Source: an uncultured Thermoleophilia bacterium
GTDB lineage: Bacteria; Actinomycetota; Thermoleophilia; RBG-16-64-13
DNA: 64,000 bases
Assembly (NCBI GenBank): GCA_963772095.1
Contig: CAVYVU010000010.1
Location: 3,917-67,916, forward strand
Direction: 5' to 3'
Shown: piece after piece, positions 44,470-54,787 of the stretch
Numbering within the stretch: position 1 is the stretch's first letter
Layout: each line of letters starts with the position of its first letter
Made by a program: the position numbers and the translations under genes
Notes under the pieces: generated by a model
Databases searched by the model: none
Told to the model about the DNA's origin: nothing
What the model saw: the letters and a program-made list of their open reading frames with translations, nothing else

Positions 44470-44928
44470 TTGCCGCCCATCATCTATCGCGAAGCCACCG
44501 CCGATGACGCTGACGGTCTCTGCGCGCTCCTCGTCGAGATCATGCAGGACCACGAGGTGCATGCTCCCGCGCCCGACAAGCTCGCCCTAGTGGTAGATGC
44601 CGCGCTGGCCGCAGCCGATCATACCTTCTTGGTGGCGGTTGCGGGCGAACACATAGTCGGGATGTGCGCGCTTGTCTTCTCGCTCTCCACCTGGTCTGCC
44701 GCGCCCGTCTGCGAGTTGCAGGATGTGGTCGTAACCGGCACCTCACGCAGAGCTCAGGTCGGCGAAGGGCTCTTGCGGACCGCCGAGCGTCTGGCCAAGG
44801 AGAGAGGCTGCGCCCGGCTTTTCCTGCTGGCTGAATCTTGGAACCTCGGCGCGCGCGCCTTCTATAGTAGGCTTGGGTTCAACGAGAAGACCTGCTCCTA
44901 CTTCGAGCGCGGCCTACTCGTCGAGTAG
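44470..44928 (+). CDS. GNAT family N-acetyltransferase
   Basis: VVVTGTSRRAQVGEGLLRTAERLAKERGCARLFL..FYSRLGF. TTG start after AAGGAAGGGA. Confidence 0.8.
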   Translation: MPPIIYREATADDADGLCALLVEIMQDHEVHAPAPDKLALVVDAALAAADHTFLVAVAGEHIVGMCALVFSLSTWSAAPVCELQDVVVTGTSRRAQVGEGLLRTAERLAKERGCARLFLLAESWNLGARAFYSRLGFNEKTCSYFERGLLVE

Positions 44929-46272
44929 ACTGAGGAAAGAAGGGACATCGAGGTCCTTCTCCTCCTTCTTTTCCATCTTTCCGGCCGTTCCGTTTGCTTG
45001 ACTGCCCGCCACGCCCGAATAAGGCCGCTCCGCTGAGCGCTCCATCGGGTGGTCGACGGGTCGGTCAAAAGCGTGCGGGCTTTCCACCTGCTCGACCAAC
45101 GCCTCCTCGCCGGTGGTGTCGAATCCAGCAGCCACGACGGTGACCCATATGGAGTCCCCAAGCGATGGATCCACCACCGCGCCGAAGATAATGTTCGCCT
45201 CTGGATCCGCCGCCGCGTTGACGATCTGAGCCACCTCGTTCACCTCGAACAGGGAGAGATCGTCCCCACCACTGATGTTGAGCAGGATCCCGCGAGCGCC
45301 TTCTATGGAGGTCTCGAGCAGGGACGAGTTCACGGCCATCTCCGCGGCCTTCTGGGCGCGCTGATCACCTCGCGCCTTGCCGATGCCCATGTGCGCGGTC
45401 CCAGCACCGGTCATGATCGTCCGCACGTCTGCCAGGTCGAGGTTGATAAGCCCCGGTACGGTCACCAAGTCGCAGATTCCCTGCACCCCTTGGCGCAGCA
45501 CATCGTCAGCCAGGCGGAGGGCGTCAATCATGGAGGTGCCGCGGCTGGCGACCATCAGGAGCTTGTCATTCGGCACGACGATCACGGTGTCGGCCCTCTG
45601 GCGCAGCGTCCGGATGCCTTCCAAAGCTTGCTGAGCCCGGCGCTTCCCCTCGAAATTGAACGGCCGCGAGACCACGCCTATCGTGAGCGCGCCCAGTGAC
45701 TTCGCGATCTCGGCGACTACAGGGGCGGCTCCGGTGCCGGTACCTCCGCCCTCGCCCGCGGTGATGAACACCATATCGCTGCCCTTGAGCATGGCTTTGA
45801 GCTCGTCATAGGCGCCGATAGCGGCTTCCCTACCCACCCGGGGATCCGCGCCTCCACCCAAGCCTTTGGTGAGTTCGCGCCCTATGCGGATCTTGTGGTC
45901 GGCCTCGCACATCTGCAAGGCCTGCACATCGGTGTTGATGGCGATGAACTCCACACCCTCTAGTCCCGCTTCCAGCATCCGGTTGACGGCATTGGTGCCG
46001 GCTCCGCCCACTCCGACCACGCGGATTACCGCGGGGAAACTCCGCGAGGGCTGGATGAGACTCCGCCTCGCCGTGTCGGCGGGGGTGGCGGCACGCGCGG
46101 CGCCGGCGTCCCTCTCGCGCGCGGATTCCGGTGTCGATGCCGGAGTCGCTTGGGTCGCCATGTCTTGCCCGGCGGTTTCAGCCGATTCATCCGTGGTTGC
46201 GTTTCGGGCTTCGTCAGGCGGCTTGCCACCGTCCGTCGCCCGGAAAAGCGCGCTCAGGCCACTGTCTTTCAT
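44914..46272 (-). CDS. ftsZ: cell division protein FtsZ with a long disordered N-terminal extension
   Basis: [17 protein letters not shown], the T7 loop [20 protein letters not shown], and the C-terminal peptide [11 protein letters not shown] at 46272 lies 1 nt after the parA stop. About 80 aa precede the conserved core. Confidence 0.92.
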   Translation of the reverse strand: MKDSGLSALFRATDGGKPPDEARNATTDESAETAGQDMATQATPASTPESARERDAGAARAATPADTARRSLIQPSRSFPAVIRVVGVGGAGTNAVNRMLEAGLEGVEFIAINTDVQALQMCEADHKIRIGRELTKGLGGGADPRVGREAAIGAYDELKAMLKGSDMVFITAGEGGGTGTGAAPVVAEIAKSLGALTIGVVSRPFNFEGKRRAQQALEGIRTLRQRADTVIVVPNDKLLMVASRGTSMIDALRLADDVLRQGVQGICDLVTVPGLINLDLADVRTIMTGAGTAHMGIGKARGDQRAQKAAEMAVNSSLLETSIEGARGILLNISGGDDLSLFEVNEVAQIVNAAADPEANIIFGAVVDPSLGDSIWVTVVAAGFDTTGEEALVEQVESPHAFDRPVDHPMERSAERPYSGVAGSQANGTAGKMEKKEEKDLDVPSFLSLLDE

Positions 46273-46273
46273 G

Positions 46274-47062
46274 CTAGATCGTTTTTCCATTGAGCACCTC
46301 TCTCGCCAAATCGCGGTAGGCCTTCGCCGCCGCGCTGTCGGGCGCATACTTGAGCACCGACTCGCCCTTGACCGGCGCCTCCGCGAATCGGATGGTCTTC
46401 CGGATGGCGGTCTTAAACACGAGATCGCCAAAACTGCTCCTCAACACCTCAACCGCCTCCCGCCCGTGGACCGTACGTGAATCGTACATAGTGGGCAGGA
46501 TTCCGGCAATGTGCACGGAGGGGTTGAGGTTGTCCCGGACCAGCTCCAGCGTCCGCTCGAGCTGTGCCAACCCACGCAGAGACAGGTACTCACACTGCAC
46601 AGGGACTATCACCGCATCCGAAGCGGTCAAGGCATTCACCGTGAGAAGACCCAGGGACGGGGGGGTGTCGATAAGGATATAGTCGTACCGATCGCGGACC
46701 TCGAGAAGGGCCTTACTGAGTGCCCTCTCCCTCCCTATGAGCGAACTGAGGGCTATCTCTGCCGCCGCGAGGTCGATGCTCGCTCCGGCCACGTCTAACT
46801 CCTGGTGGAACAGTGCCTCTTCGATCCTCACACCGTTCACCAAGACGTCGAACATGCTCGGCCGCACCTTGTCCGGGTTGAGTCCTAAACTCATGGTCAG
46901 GTTTCCCTGAGGATCCATGTCCACGGCCAGCACTCGATGGCCCAACTCCTGAAGAGCTACACCAAGGTTTATCGTCGTCGTGGTCTTAGCCACGCCGCCT
47001 TTCTGATTAGCGAAGGCCAGGACCTTGGCCAAGCGGCATCCCCCTGCTGAGTCGCCCGACAC
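46274..47062 (-). CDS. ParA/Soj-family ATPase (orphan; no parB adjacent)
   Basis: Deviant Walker A NQKGGVAKTTTTINLG, DMDPQGN and ILIDTPPSLG. Confidence 0.88.
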   Translation of the reverse strand: MSGDSAGGCRLAKVLAFANQKGGVAKTTTTINLGVALQELGHRVLAVDMDPQGNLTMSLGLNPDKVRPSMFDVLVNGVRIEEALFHQELDVAGASIDLAAAEIALSSLIGRERALSKALLEVRDRYDYILIDTPPSLGLLTVNALTASDAVIVPVQCEYLSLRGLAQLERTLELVRDNLNPSVHIAGILPTMYDSRTVHGREAVEVLRSSFGDLVFKTAIRKTIRFAEAPVKGESVLKYAPDSAAAKAYRDLAREVLNGKTI

Positions 47063-47196
47063 GTAAATATGTCGACTGTGAGTAGTGAATGTAGCGATAT
47101 CCTGTTCGGAGGCGAGGGCCGAAATCCTCTGCTCGCGGCCTAAAAGGCTTGCCCAGCCGTCTCAACAGGGGTACCTGTGGCCAAGCGCGAGCGGCT

Positions 47197-48642
47197 CTAT
47201 TGGGAGGCAGTCTCCAGCTCAGATTTGAGGAAGTCGGGCACGTCGGTAACCGGCGGTTTGGAAGACTCCGAAAAATCTCTCAACTCCCGAAGGAAATCGC
47301 GGTTCTCGCGCACGTGCTCCCACGCCCGGCTGATCAAATAGCCCTGCACCTGATGTTTTCGGTAGACCGGAAACTTCGGATTGATGGACAGCATGCGTCG
47401 GCCGCGGTAGAAGCGCTTGTGAGACTTCAGAATGATGTCCTGCAGCTCGTACGGAGTCATGTTCTTGGGCCAGAACACCACGTGATGCCCGTCGTATAGG
47501 CTCCAGTTCCGCGTGAATATCCGCCCCTCCGCCTCCAACTGGGCCGTCTGTCGGGTACCGGGCAGTGGCGTCAAAGCCAGGAATTGTACGCTGTTCAGCC
47601 CGTTCTGGGTGGCAAAATCGACCGTAGTGGCCAGCGATTCACGCGTATCCGAATCCGCCCCGAAAACGAACATGCCGTGAGTCTTGATGCCGGTCTGCGC
47701 CAGTGCGTTGATACCGCCGGCCATATCGTCCACGCTGGACTCTTTGTGATACTCCTTGAGTGTGGCCGGGTTGACGGACTCCAGACCCAGGTACGCGATC
47801 ATGAAACCGGCTTCCCACATCAATTTGAGCAGATCACGATCCGTCTTGCCGTCTTTGTACACCGAATCGGCCCTGATCTGAGCGAAGAAAGGTACGTTCA
47901 ATTCTTGCCGGATCATTTCCTTGAGAAGCTCGGTGCCCCGCTTCTTGCTGATGAAGAAGTTGTCATCGTAGAAGAAGATCTTCTTCGGACTTGCCTTCTT
48001 CAGCGCCTTCACCACTTCCACCGGTTCGACAGTGCGCACTCGGCGCCCGAACATCAGGACCACCGAGCAGAACTCGCAGCCGAAGGGACAACCCCGCGAG
48101 GCCAGGATCGGGAACGGGCTGACGCCCTCCCCTTTTACCACCAAGCTCATGTCCGGCCAGGGGAGGTCTGTGAGCGACGTGAGAAGGGGGCGCGTTTCGT
48201 TGTGGACGACTTCCCCGCGGCCGTTACGGTACGAAAGTCCTAGGATGGTTTCCAGAGTGCCCTTGCCAAGGAGGTAATCGACCAATTCGAGGAGGGCCTG
48301 CTCACCCTCGTTCCGGACGACGTAGTCGCAGAAATCGAGCGCCTCTTCGGCGAGGAAGGTCACGTGCGGGCCGCCCATCACCGTGGGTATGCCGGCCTCG
48401 CGGGCTCGTTGTGCGTACCGGTAAGCGCGGATGGCGGTAGAGGTGGTGCTCGAGATCCCCACCAGGTCTGAGGAAAGAACGTCGTCCCAGTCCACCTCAC
48501 TGACGCTTTCCGCGTAGATGCGCACCTCGTGGCCTTTTTCTTTCAAAAGAGCACCAAGGAGAGGAAGGCCGAGACGAAACTGCTTGACGAAACTGTATAC
48601 GTGAAAGCCCGGCGCCGCAGGCTCGATCAACGTCACACGCAA
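47197..48642 (-). CDS. B12-binding-domain radical SAM protein
   Basis: The N-terminal Rossmann-like B12 domain (..DLVGISSTTSTAIRAYRYAQRAREAGIPTVMGGPHVT) is followed by ASRGCPFGCEFCS (CxxxCxxC). Intact 481 aa. Confidence 0.8.
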   Translation of the reverse strand: MRVTLIEPAAPGFHVYSFVKQFRLGLPLLGALLKEKGHEVRIYAESVSEVDWDDVLSSDLVGISSTTSTAIRAYRYAQRAREAGIPTVMGGPHVTFLAEEALDFCDYVVRNEGEQALLELVDYLLGKGTLETILGLSYRNGRGEVVHNETRPLLTSLTDLPWPDMSLVVKGEGVSPFPILASRGCPFGCEFCSVVLMFGRRVRTVEPVEVVKALKKASPKKIFFYDDNFFISKKRGTELLKEMIRQELNVPFFAQIRADSVYKDGKTDRDLLKLMWEAGFMIAYLGLESVNPATLKEYHKESSVDDMAGGINALAQTGIKTHGMFVFGADSDTRESLATTVDFATQNGLNSVQFLALTPLPGTRQTAQLEAEGRIFTRNWSLYDGHHVVFWPKNMTPYELQDIILKSHKRFYRGRRMLSINPKFPVYRKHQVQGYLISRAWEHVRENRDFLRELRDFSESSKPPVTDVPDFLKSELETASQ

Positions 48643-48763
48643 GGGAACCTCACAATGATTCTTGGTTGGCAGCCGGAATAGCCGCTCGCATATGGTAACA
48701 CAAGGCCCCCTGCATCCTGTCGCTGGGCCATGGTCTGACGGGCCGGAGTCGCGCCCCCTAACG

Positions 48764-50249
48764 TCAGGTCCGCCGTACAGCAGAGGGCCGAACCGGGACC
48801 GTCACACGAAATACCGTGGCCGGCCCCTGCCCCACCAGGTCGACCCGGCCTCCGAGTACATCGCACATCTCACGCACCAAAGGCAATCCGAGCCCAAAAC
48901 CCTCCGTGCTCCGTGCTCCCCGGCCCCGGAAGAACCTTTCGAAGATCCGGGCGCGTTCGTCGACCGAGAGAGGTTGTCCCCCGTTGACCACCTCGAGCAC
49001 CAGCCGCTCTCCTTCAACGCCCACGCGGGCCTCGATGCGGTCCTCTCCGCCGTACTGCACGGCATTTCGTAGCAGATTGCCTACGATCTGCCGCATAACG
49101 TCCGGGTCCGTGACAGCCCGGACGTCGCCGGCCACGGTCACCTCGATGCGGCCCCGCTCAGCGAGCCCCGCCTGCACGAGGCGCTCCGCCTCTTCACGGA
49201 CAATCCCGCCGACATCGGTGGGGCTGAGATTGGGAGTGAACTCGCGGGAGTCGTACCTCGAGAGGATCAGTAGCGCGTCCACCAGCCGCTGCAGCCGAGC
49301 CGACTCCCGGTATATCGCGGCCGCCGAACGCTGCTGTTGCTCATGTGTGGCGGCCGTGCCGTCCAACAACGCCTGAGAAAAGCCCTGGATAGAAGTCAGC
49401 GGGGTTCTGAGCTCGTGGGCGGCCGACGCCACGAACCCGCGCAGAGAGTCCTCGCTCCTCTGCACCTCCCGGCGCATCGCCTCGAGGCTTAGTCGCAAGT
49501 TCCTCGACCTCCCCAGGGTATGAGCCGCTCACCGGATGGCCGTAATCCCCCTGGGCCATGCCCCGCGCCGCGACAGACAGGCGCCGCAAAGGGCGCGCAA
49601 GCCACGAACCGAGGCCGAGGCCCATTATGATCGCCACCACCAAGGCGATCGCCCCGGAGAGGAGCAAGATCCTCACGATCCCTTGCCGAGCGGTGACCGC
49701 GTCGGCCACCGCCAGGGTGATCACCACCAGACCGTGAGGGCTCGAGCTGAGGGCGAATGGAGCTACCGCAACGACCACCTGGTTTCGACCGCCGGTGGCC
49801 CCAAGGATCGGCTTCACGACCGCCACCCTGGCAGTGTTCTCGCCTATCGCCAGGGCTTCGATCCGCAACCGGGCAACCGTCCCTAGCCGAGCCGGGACCG
49901 TCCCGGCCCTTCCCAGGACATTCGTTCCCTCGAAGACGACTATGCCGGCGTTCGCGGGCAGGGCTTTGAGCTCGTTCTTGAGCAATGCGCTGAGAACATT
50001 GCCGACGGCCGCCCCAGGGCCGCCGATACCCAGACTGTCCAATTGCTCGGCCGTCAAGACCGCTTGGTTCAGGATCTCGGTTTTCTGCCGGTCCACAACG
50101 TAGCTGCCCACGAAGACGTAGAAGAGCACCCCAACCACAACCAGGGTGAAGATGGATGCTCCGGCCAAGGCGAGTGCGAGGCGCCAGCGGATCGAGGCGC
50201 GCGGCTTGCCCGCTCCCCCGTTTACCAACAGCGTGGCGTCGCGGTCCAT
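48764..50249 (-). pseudogene. sensor histidine kinase (2 TM + HAMP + HisKA + HATPase), one frame break near 49500
   Basis: ORF 49341..50309 carries the TM/sensor/HAMP part. ORF 48764..49498 carries FVASAAHELRTPLTSI (H-box), the N box NLLRNAVQY, and GFGLGLPLV. Confidence 0.85.
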
Positions 50250-50941
50250 CACGCCTCCGGATCCACGCGATAGCCCAGCGCCCACACTGTCTGGATGATC
50301 CGTCCCCAACTCCCAAGCTTCTTGCGAAGCTGACCGATGTGCACATCCACTGTGCGCGCGTCACCATAGAAAGAGTAGCCCCACACCTCCTCGAGCAACC
50401 GCTCCCGAGAAAGTGCTAGTCCCCGGTTGAGCAGTAGATAGTGGAGCAGGTCGAACTCCTTGGGCGTGAGGTCTATCAGCTCCCCCTCGACTCGGACTGT
50501 GCGCTCGTCCGGATGCAGCTCCACCCCACCGAGCACCTGCGCAGACCCCGATTCAGTTGGGGTGACACGGCGGAGCACGGCCCTAGCCCGGGCTACCAAC
50601 TCGCCAGGACTGAAAGGTTTGGTCATGTAGTCGTCGGCGCCTAGTTCCAGGCCCAGGATCTTGTCCTGCTCCGCATCTTTCGCGGTAAGGATTATCAAGG
50701 GCACCGCGGAGAAAGCACGGATGGCTTTCAGAACTTCGAAGCCGGACTGGTCGGGCAGCATCAGGTCCAATATCACGAGCGTCGGTTTGCGCGACCTGGC
50801 CAGGTCTACACCCTGGGCACCCTGATCGGCAGCAATGACGGAATAGCCCTCTCGAGACAGGTAGAGCTGCAACAGTTCGGAGATGGAAGGGTCATCTTCG
50901 ATCACGAGGATCACGTCTGTGGCATTCTCGCGTACCAGCAT
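50249..50941 (-). CDS. OmpR/PhoB-family response regulator
   Basis: Receiver domain (VIEDDPS..ILDLMLPD..LTAKD) plus winged-helix domain (LTPKEFDLLHYLL..VWGY..TVDVHIGQLRKKL). Its stop overlaps the kinase start. Confidence 0.92.
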   Translation of the reverse strand: MLVRENATDVILVIEDDPSISELLQLYLSREGYSVIAADQGAQGVDLARSRKPTLVILDLMLPDQSGFEVLKAIRAFSAVPLIILTAKDAEQDKILGLELGADDYMTKPFSPGELVARARAVLRRVTPTESGSAQVLGGVELHPDERTVRVEGELIDLTPKEFDLLHYLLLNRGLALSRERLLEEVWGYSFYGDARTVDVHIGQLRKKLGSWGRIIQTVWALGYRVDPEA

Positions 50942-51085
50942 TGACTAGAGACTCCCCCCGAGACACTTGACGGGTTCGCTGAGGCGTCTTCCTTCGGCCT
51001 TACAGTTAGCCCCACGCTCCCTTATCCCTTCCCAGGGCAAGCGCGAAGCTCGAGGCCGGCAAAGGCCGCCGTCCAAGCCGGCGAG

Positions 51086-51110
51086 GGCGCCGCTCGTGGC
51101 GAGCGGCGCC
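51086..51110 (-). terminator. strong hairpin between the secreted coiled-coil gene and the response regulator gene
   Basis: GGCGCCGCTCG-TGG-CGAGCGGCGCC, a perfect 11-bp stem. There is no obvious U-tract, so it may be a partial terminator or processing site. Confidence 0.4.
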
Positions 51111-51187
51111 CCATCAGCTATGTTGCGAGCGCCGGGCGAGGAGTCTCAGGCGATGGACTACTCGGCCGAAGGCCGCCTCGTTCTCGG

Positions 51188-51655
51188 CTACTGGGCCGCC
51201 GTGGTGGCTGTAGAGGCGGTGGTCGCCGTGGTCGATGTGGTGCCCGCGCCGTTCGCCGGCAGGTACTTACCTACCAGGCCGCGGATGTCCTTGAGTGTCT
51301 GGCCAAGATTCTGGCGGGCCTGCTGGAGAGCAGTCTGCTGGTCCTTGGCCTTCGCGATCAACTGATCGAGCGTAGCCTGTTCGGTGGGCGTCATCTTAGC
51401 GCGGGCCTGCTCCACCAGGGCCTGGTCCCTTGCCTTGATCTTCTCGACACGCTGCTTAATGCGCTCTCGCAGGAGAGGGTGCTGCCCCTGAACCGCGGTC
51501 GTGCCGGTGGAGCCGGTCGCCGTGGTCACCGTCGCACTCGCGGCCGTGGGAGTGCCCTGGCCCCCAGTGGTGGCCCAGGCCACGGTGCCCAGCGCCAGCA
51601 CCAACACGACGGCAGATACCACCAGCAACCACTTATGCTTCCAAAGTCTTCTCAT
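51188..51655 (-). CDS. secreted coiled-coil protein, possibly Spy/CpxP-like (one LTxxQ-like motif)
   Basis: Signal peptide (WLLVVSAVVLVLALGTVAWA), T/S-rich linkers, and a helical core with MTPTEQATLDQL. Located upstream of the two-component system on the same strand. Confidence 0.5.
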   Translation of the reverse strand: MRRLWKHKWLLVVSAVVLVLALGTVAWATTGGQGTPTAASATVTTATGSTGTTAVQGQHPLLRERIKQRVEKIKARDQALVEQARAKMTPTEQATLDQLIAKAKDQQTALQQARQNLGQTLKDIRGLVGKYLPANGAGTTSTTATTASTATTAAQ

Positions 51656-51833
51656 TCTTTATCCTCCTTGGCCGGCCTATCGGCCGATTTGCTACGACCA
51701 GTGTGCCGTCCAAGTGTGAGGGAAGTGTGAGGCAACTCTCAGTATTGCGCCAAAAATGGGTACCCCTTGCGTTAAGATGGCGATGACTCCCCGTGCAATT
51801 TCGAGGACCCGTGTGGTCTCCTAAGGACAGAAC

Positions 51834-53297
51834 GTGGACTATACCTGTCACAGCGACCAAGACCGACAACGCATGCTCGAAGCTATCGGTCTTAATGACA
51901 TGGAGGAATTGTTCGCGCCGATCCCTGCTTCGCTTCGTCATGGCCGCCTGGAACTGCCTCCGTCGCTCGCAGAACCGGACGTGAGAGACCGCTTGGAAGC
52001 TTTGGCGGCCTCCGACCGGCCCGCTCATTCCGCTTCTTTCCTGGGAGCCGGCTGCTATCGGCATTTCATCCCGGCGGCGGTAAGAGCCTTGGTGTCACGC
52101 AGTGAGTTCGCTACCGCATATACGCCGTACCAAGCGGAAGTCAGCCAGGGCACGCTGCAGCACATCTTCGAATTCCAAACGGCCATCTGCGAGCTCACCG
52201 GACTCGATGTCGCCAATGCCTCCCTTTACGACGGTCCGTCCGCGCTCGCCGAGGCGGCTTTCATGGCGCTCCGGGTGACCAAGCGGGACGAGATCGTCAT
52301 CTCGGCTGGTGTCCATCCAGAAGCGGCCGAAGTCCTCGCCACGTACTCTGCGGGACCCGGCATCACGGTGCGCACGCTGCCGCTCGACCCGGTCACCGGC
52401 AGGACCACGATCGGGGAAAGGGAAACCGGTGCGGAGCTCCGCAGACAGGGCTCCGATCTGCCGGGAGCCGCCAAATCGGCCGGTGCCGGGGTCATCCTCG
52501 TCCAGCAGCCGAACTTCCTCGGGGTGGTCGAAGACCTGGCCGCGCTCGCCTCGGCCGCGCATGCGGGAGGGTCATTGCTCCTGGTGATGCAGAACCCGAT
52601 GACCCTCGGTGTTCTCGCCGCCCCGGGGTGCCTGGGAGCCGACATCGTAGTCGGCGACGTTCAGGTGTTCGGCAATGCCATGTGTTTGGGCGGGCCCAGC
52701 GCCGGATTTCTGTCTTGCCGGGATGCTCACCTACGCCAGATGCCCGGCCGCTTGGTGGGCCAGACCGTGGATGCCGACGGCCGCACGTGCTACACCCTCA
52801 CCCTGCAGGCTCGAGAGCAACATATCCGGCGGGCCAAGGCCACCTCGAACATCTGCTCCAATCAGGCCCTGAACGCGCTGGCGGCGACCGTGTATCTCTC
52901 CCTCCTCGGACCTCACGGGCTCAAGGAGCTAGGAGAGCTATGCGTCCGTCGCGCTCACCACCTGCGATCCCGCTTGTGCTCGCTCCCGGGTATCAAACCT
53001 GCCGTCGAAGGGCCGTTCTTCCACGAATTTGCCGTTGACCTCCCGATGTCGGATATCGAATTCGCGCGGGCGATGCGAGCCTTCGGGGTGGACCCCGGCG
53101 TGCCGCTAAGCCGGTTCGGCCGCCCAAACTCCTTGCTGGTGGCGGTGACCGAGCTCAATCCTCCCGAAGCGCTAGACCGATACGTCGCCACCGCGCGCCA
53201 CGTCCTCGACAAGGACCGGGATAACGGAGCCCGTGGTGAAGGCACCGGCAACAACCTGCGTGTCGGCGACGCCGACGTCGACGGGGAGGGGGCCTGA
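51834..53297 (+). CDS. gcvPA: glycine dehydrogenase (decarboxylating) subunit 1
   Basis: MDYTCHSDQDRQRMLEAIG and YTPYQAEVSQGTLQHIFEFQT. GTG start after AAGGA. Confidence 0.93.
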   Translation: MDYTCHSDQDRQRMLEAIGLNDMEELFAPIPASLRHGRLELPPSLAEPDVRDRLEALAASDRPAHSASFLGAGCYRHFIPAAVRALVSRSEFATAYTPYQAEVSQGTLQHIFEFQTAICELTGLDVANASLYDGPSALAEAAFMALRVTKRDEIVISAGVHPEAAEVLATYSAGPGITVRTLPLDPVTGRTTIGERETGAELRRQGSDLPGAAKSAGAGVILVQQPNFLGVVEDLAALASAAHAGGSLLLVMQNPMTLGVLAAPGCLGADIVVGDVQVFGNAMCLGGPSAGFLSCRDAHLRQMPGRLVGQTVDADGRTCYTLTLQAREQHIRRAKATSNICSNQALNALAATVYLSLLGPHGLKELGELCVRRAHHLRSRLCSLPGIKPAVEGPFFHEFAVDLPMSDIEFARAMRAFGVDPGVPLSRFGRPNSLLVAVTELNPPEALDRYVATARHVLDKDRDNGARGEGTGNNLRVGDADVDGEGA

Positions 53298-54787
53298 TGG
53301 AACCTCTGATCTTCGAAAAAGGTAGTCCAGGCCTCCGGGGAATGCAGCTTCCGGCCTGCGGCGTGCCGGACTTGGAGATGGCCGAGCTTCTCCCCGGTGT
53401 CGATCTCCGCGCCAGTGCGCCGCGACTGCCCGAGCTCGCGGAACCCCAGGTGGTGCGCCATTACACGCGCCTCTCCCATCTCAACCACTCGGTGGATCTG
53501 GGCTTCTATCCATTGGGGTCGTGCACCATGAAGTACAACCCCAAAGTCAACGACGAAGTGGCCGCGCTGGCCGGATTCGCCGACCTGCACCCTTATCAAG
53601 ACGAGGCGGAGATTCAAGGCGCCCTGGAATTGATGTGGGGACTGGAACGAGCCCTCGTTGAGATAACGGGCATGCACTCCGCCACACTCCAGCCCGCGGC
53701 GGGAGCGCACGGCGAACTGGCGGGCATCCTCATGATCAAGGCCTTCCACCACGACTACGGCGGCAGCCTGCGCGACACGGTGATCGTCCCCGATTCCGCG
53801 CATGGCACCAACCTGGCCACCGCGGCGATGGCCGGCTACCGGGTGGTCGAGATCGCGAGCTCTACGCGGGGCCTCATAGATCTGGCCGCGCTCCAAGCCC
53901 ATCTCTCCGACCGGACCGCGGCCTTGATGCTCACCAACCCCAACACGCTCGGGCTGTTCGAAGAGGACATCCTGGAGATAACCCGCTTGGTCCACGCGAG
54001 CGGAGCCCTCTGCTACTACGACGGAGCGAATCTCAACGCCATCATGGGTAAGGCCCGACCCGGCGACATGGGCATGGACGTGGTGCATATCAATCTGCAC
54101 AAGACTTTCTCCACCCCCCATGGTGGCGGCGGCCCCGGAGCCGGTCCGGTCGCGGTGACGGAGGCGTTGGAACGCTACCTACCCATACCCTTGGTTCGGC
54201 GCGAGCCACATGCGGGAACTTTCTTCCTGGACCGGGAACGGCCCAGCAGCATCGGCAGGGTCAAAGGGTTCTACGGCAACATGGGAGTGCTTATCCGAGC
54301 CTATGCATACATCCTCAGCCTGGGCGGATCGGGCTTGGCGCGAGCCACAGAAGACGCCGTGCTCAACGCCAATTACCTGCGGACACGCCTGCGAGACCTC
54401 TATCAGGTGCCGTACGACCGGCCGTGCATGCACGAATTCGTCCTGTCGGCTTCGCGTCAGGCCAAGAGAGGCGGCACGGCGAAGGCCATAGGCAAGCGCA
54501 TCCTCGACTATGGGATGCATGCGCCCACGGTGTACTTCCCGCTCATCGTCCCGGAGGCCCTCATGATCGAGCCCACCGAGACCGAGGACGTCGCCACCCT
54601 CGACGCGTTCGTCGAGGTGATGCGCACCATAGACCGGGAACTCAACGAGGATCCGGAGCTCGTGACCGGTGCGCCTCACGGCACGCCTGTTCGGCAACCC
54701 GACGAGGTCAAGGCGGCTCGGGAGCCGGTGCTTCGCTGGAGGGGCCCTGAGTGGGTCCTGTCTCAGCAAAAGACGAGTCGGCCATGA
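53297..54787 (+). CDS. gcvPB: glycine dehydrogenase (decarboxylating) subunit 2
   Basis: LGSCTMKYNPK and the PLP site NLHKTFSTPHGGGGPG. Its ATG overlaps the gcvPA TGA. Confidence 0.93.
   Translation: MEPLIFEKGSPGLRGMQLPACGVPDLEMAELLPGVDLRASAPRLPELAEPQVVRHYTRLSHLNHSVDLGFYPLGSCTMKYNPKVNDEVAALAGFADLHPYQDEAEIQGALELMWGLERALVEITGMHSATLQPAAGAHGELAGILMIKAFHHDYGGSLRDTVIVPDSAHGTNLATAAMAGYRVVEIASSTRGLIDLAALQAHLSDRTAALMLTNPNTLGLFEEDILEITRLVHASGALCYYDGANLNAIMGKARPGDMGMDVVHINLHKTFSTPHGGGGPGAGPVAVTEALERYLPIPLVRREPHAGTFFLDRERPSSIGRVKGFYGNMGVLIRAYAYILSLGGSGLARATEDAVLNANYLRTRLRDLYQVPYDRPCMHEFVLSASRQAKRGGTAKAIGKRILDYGMHAPTVYFPLIVPEALMIEPTETEDVATLDAFVEVMRTIDRELNEDPELVTGAPHGTPVRQPDEVKAAREPVLRWRGPEWVLSQQKTSRP

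Noticed and set aside
51656-51833. Possible glycine riboswitch or M-box upstream of gcvPA-gcvPB-mgtA
   Set aside because: I could not find the conserved cores (GGAGAG...ACCGAAGGGGCAA...CTCAGGCAAAAGGAC for glycine; the M-box GTTAGGTGAGGCT-type core). The CTCCTAAGGACAG stretch is better explained as the RBS (AAGGA) for the GTG start at 51834. A covariance-model scan is needed to be sure.
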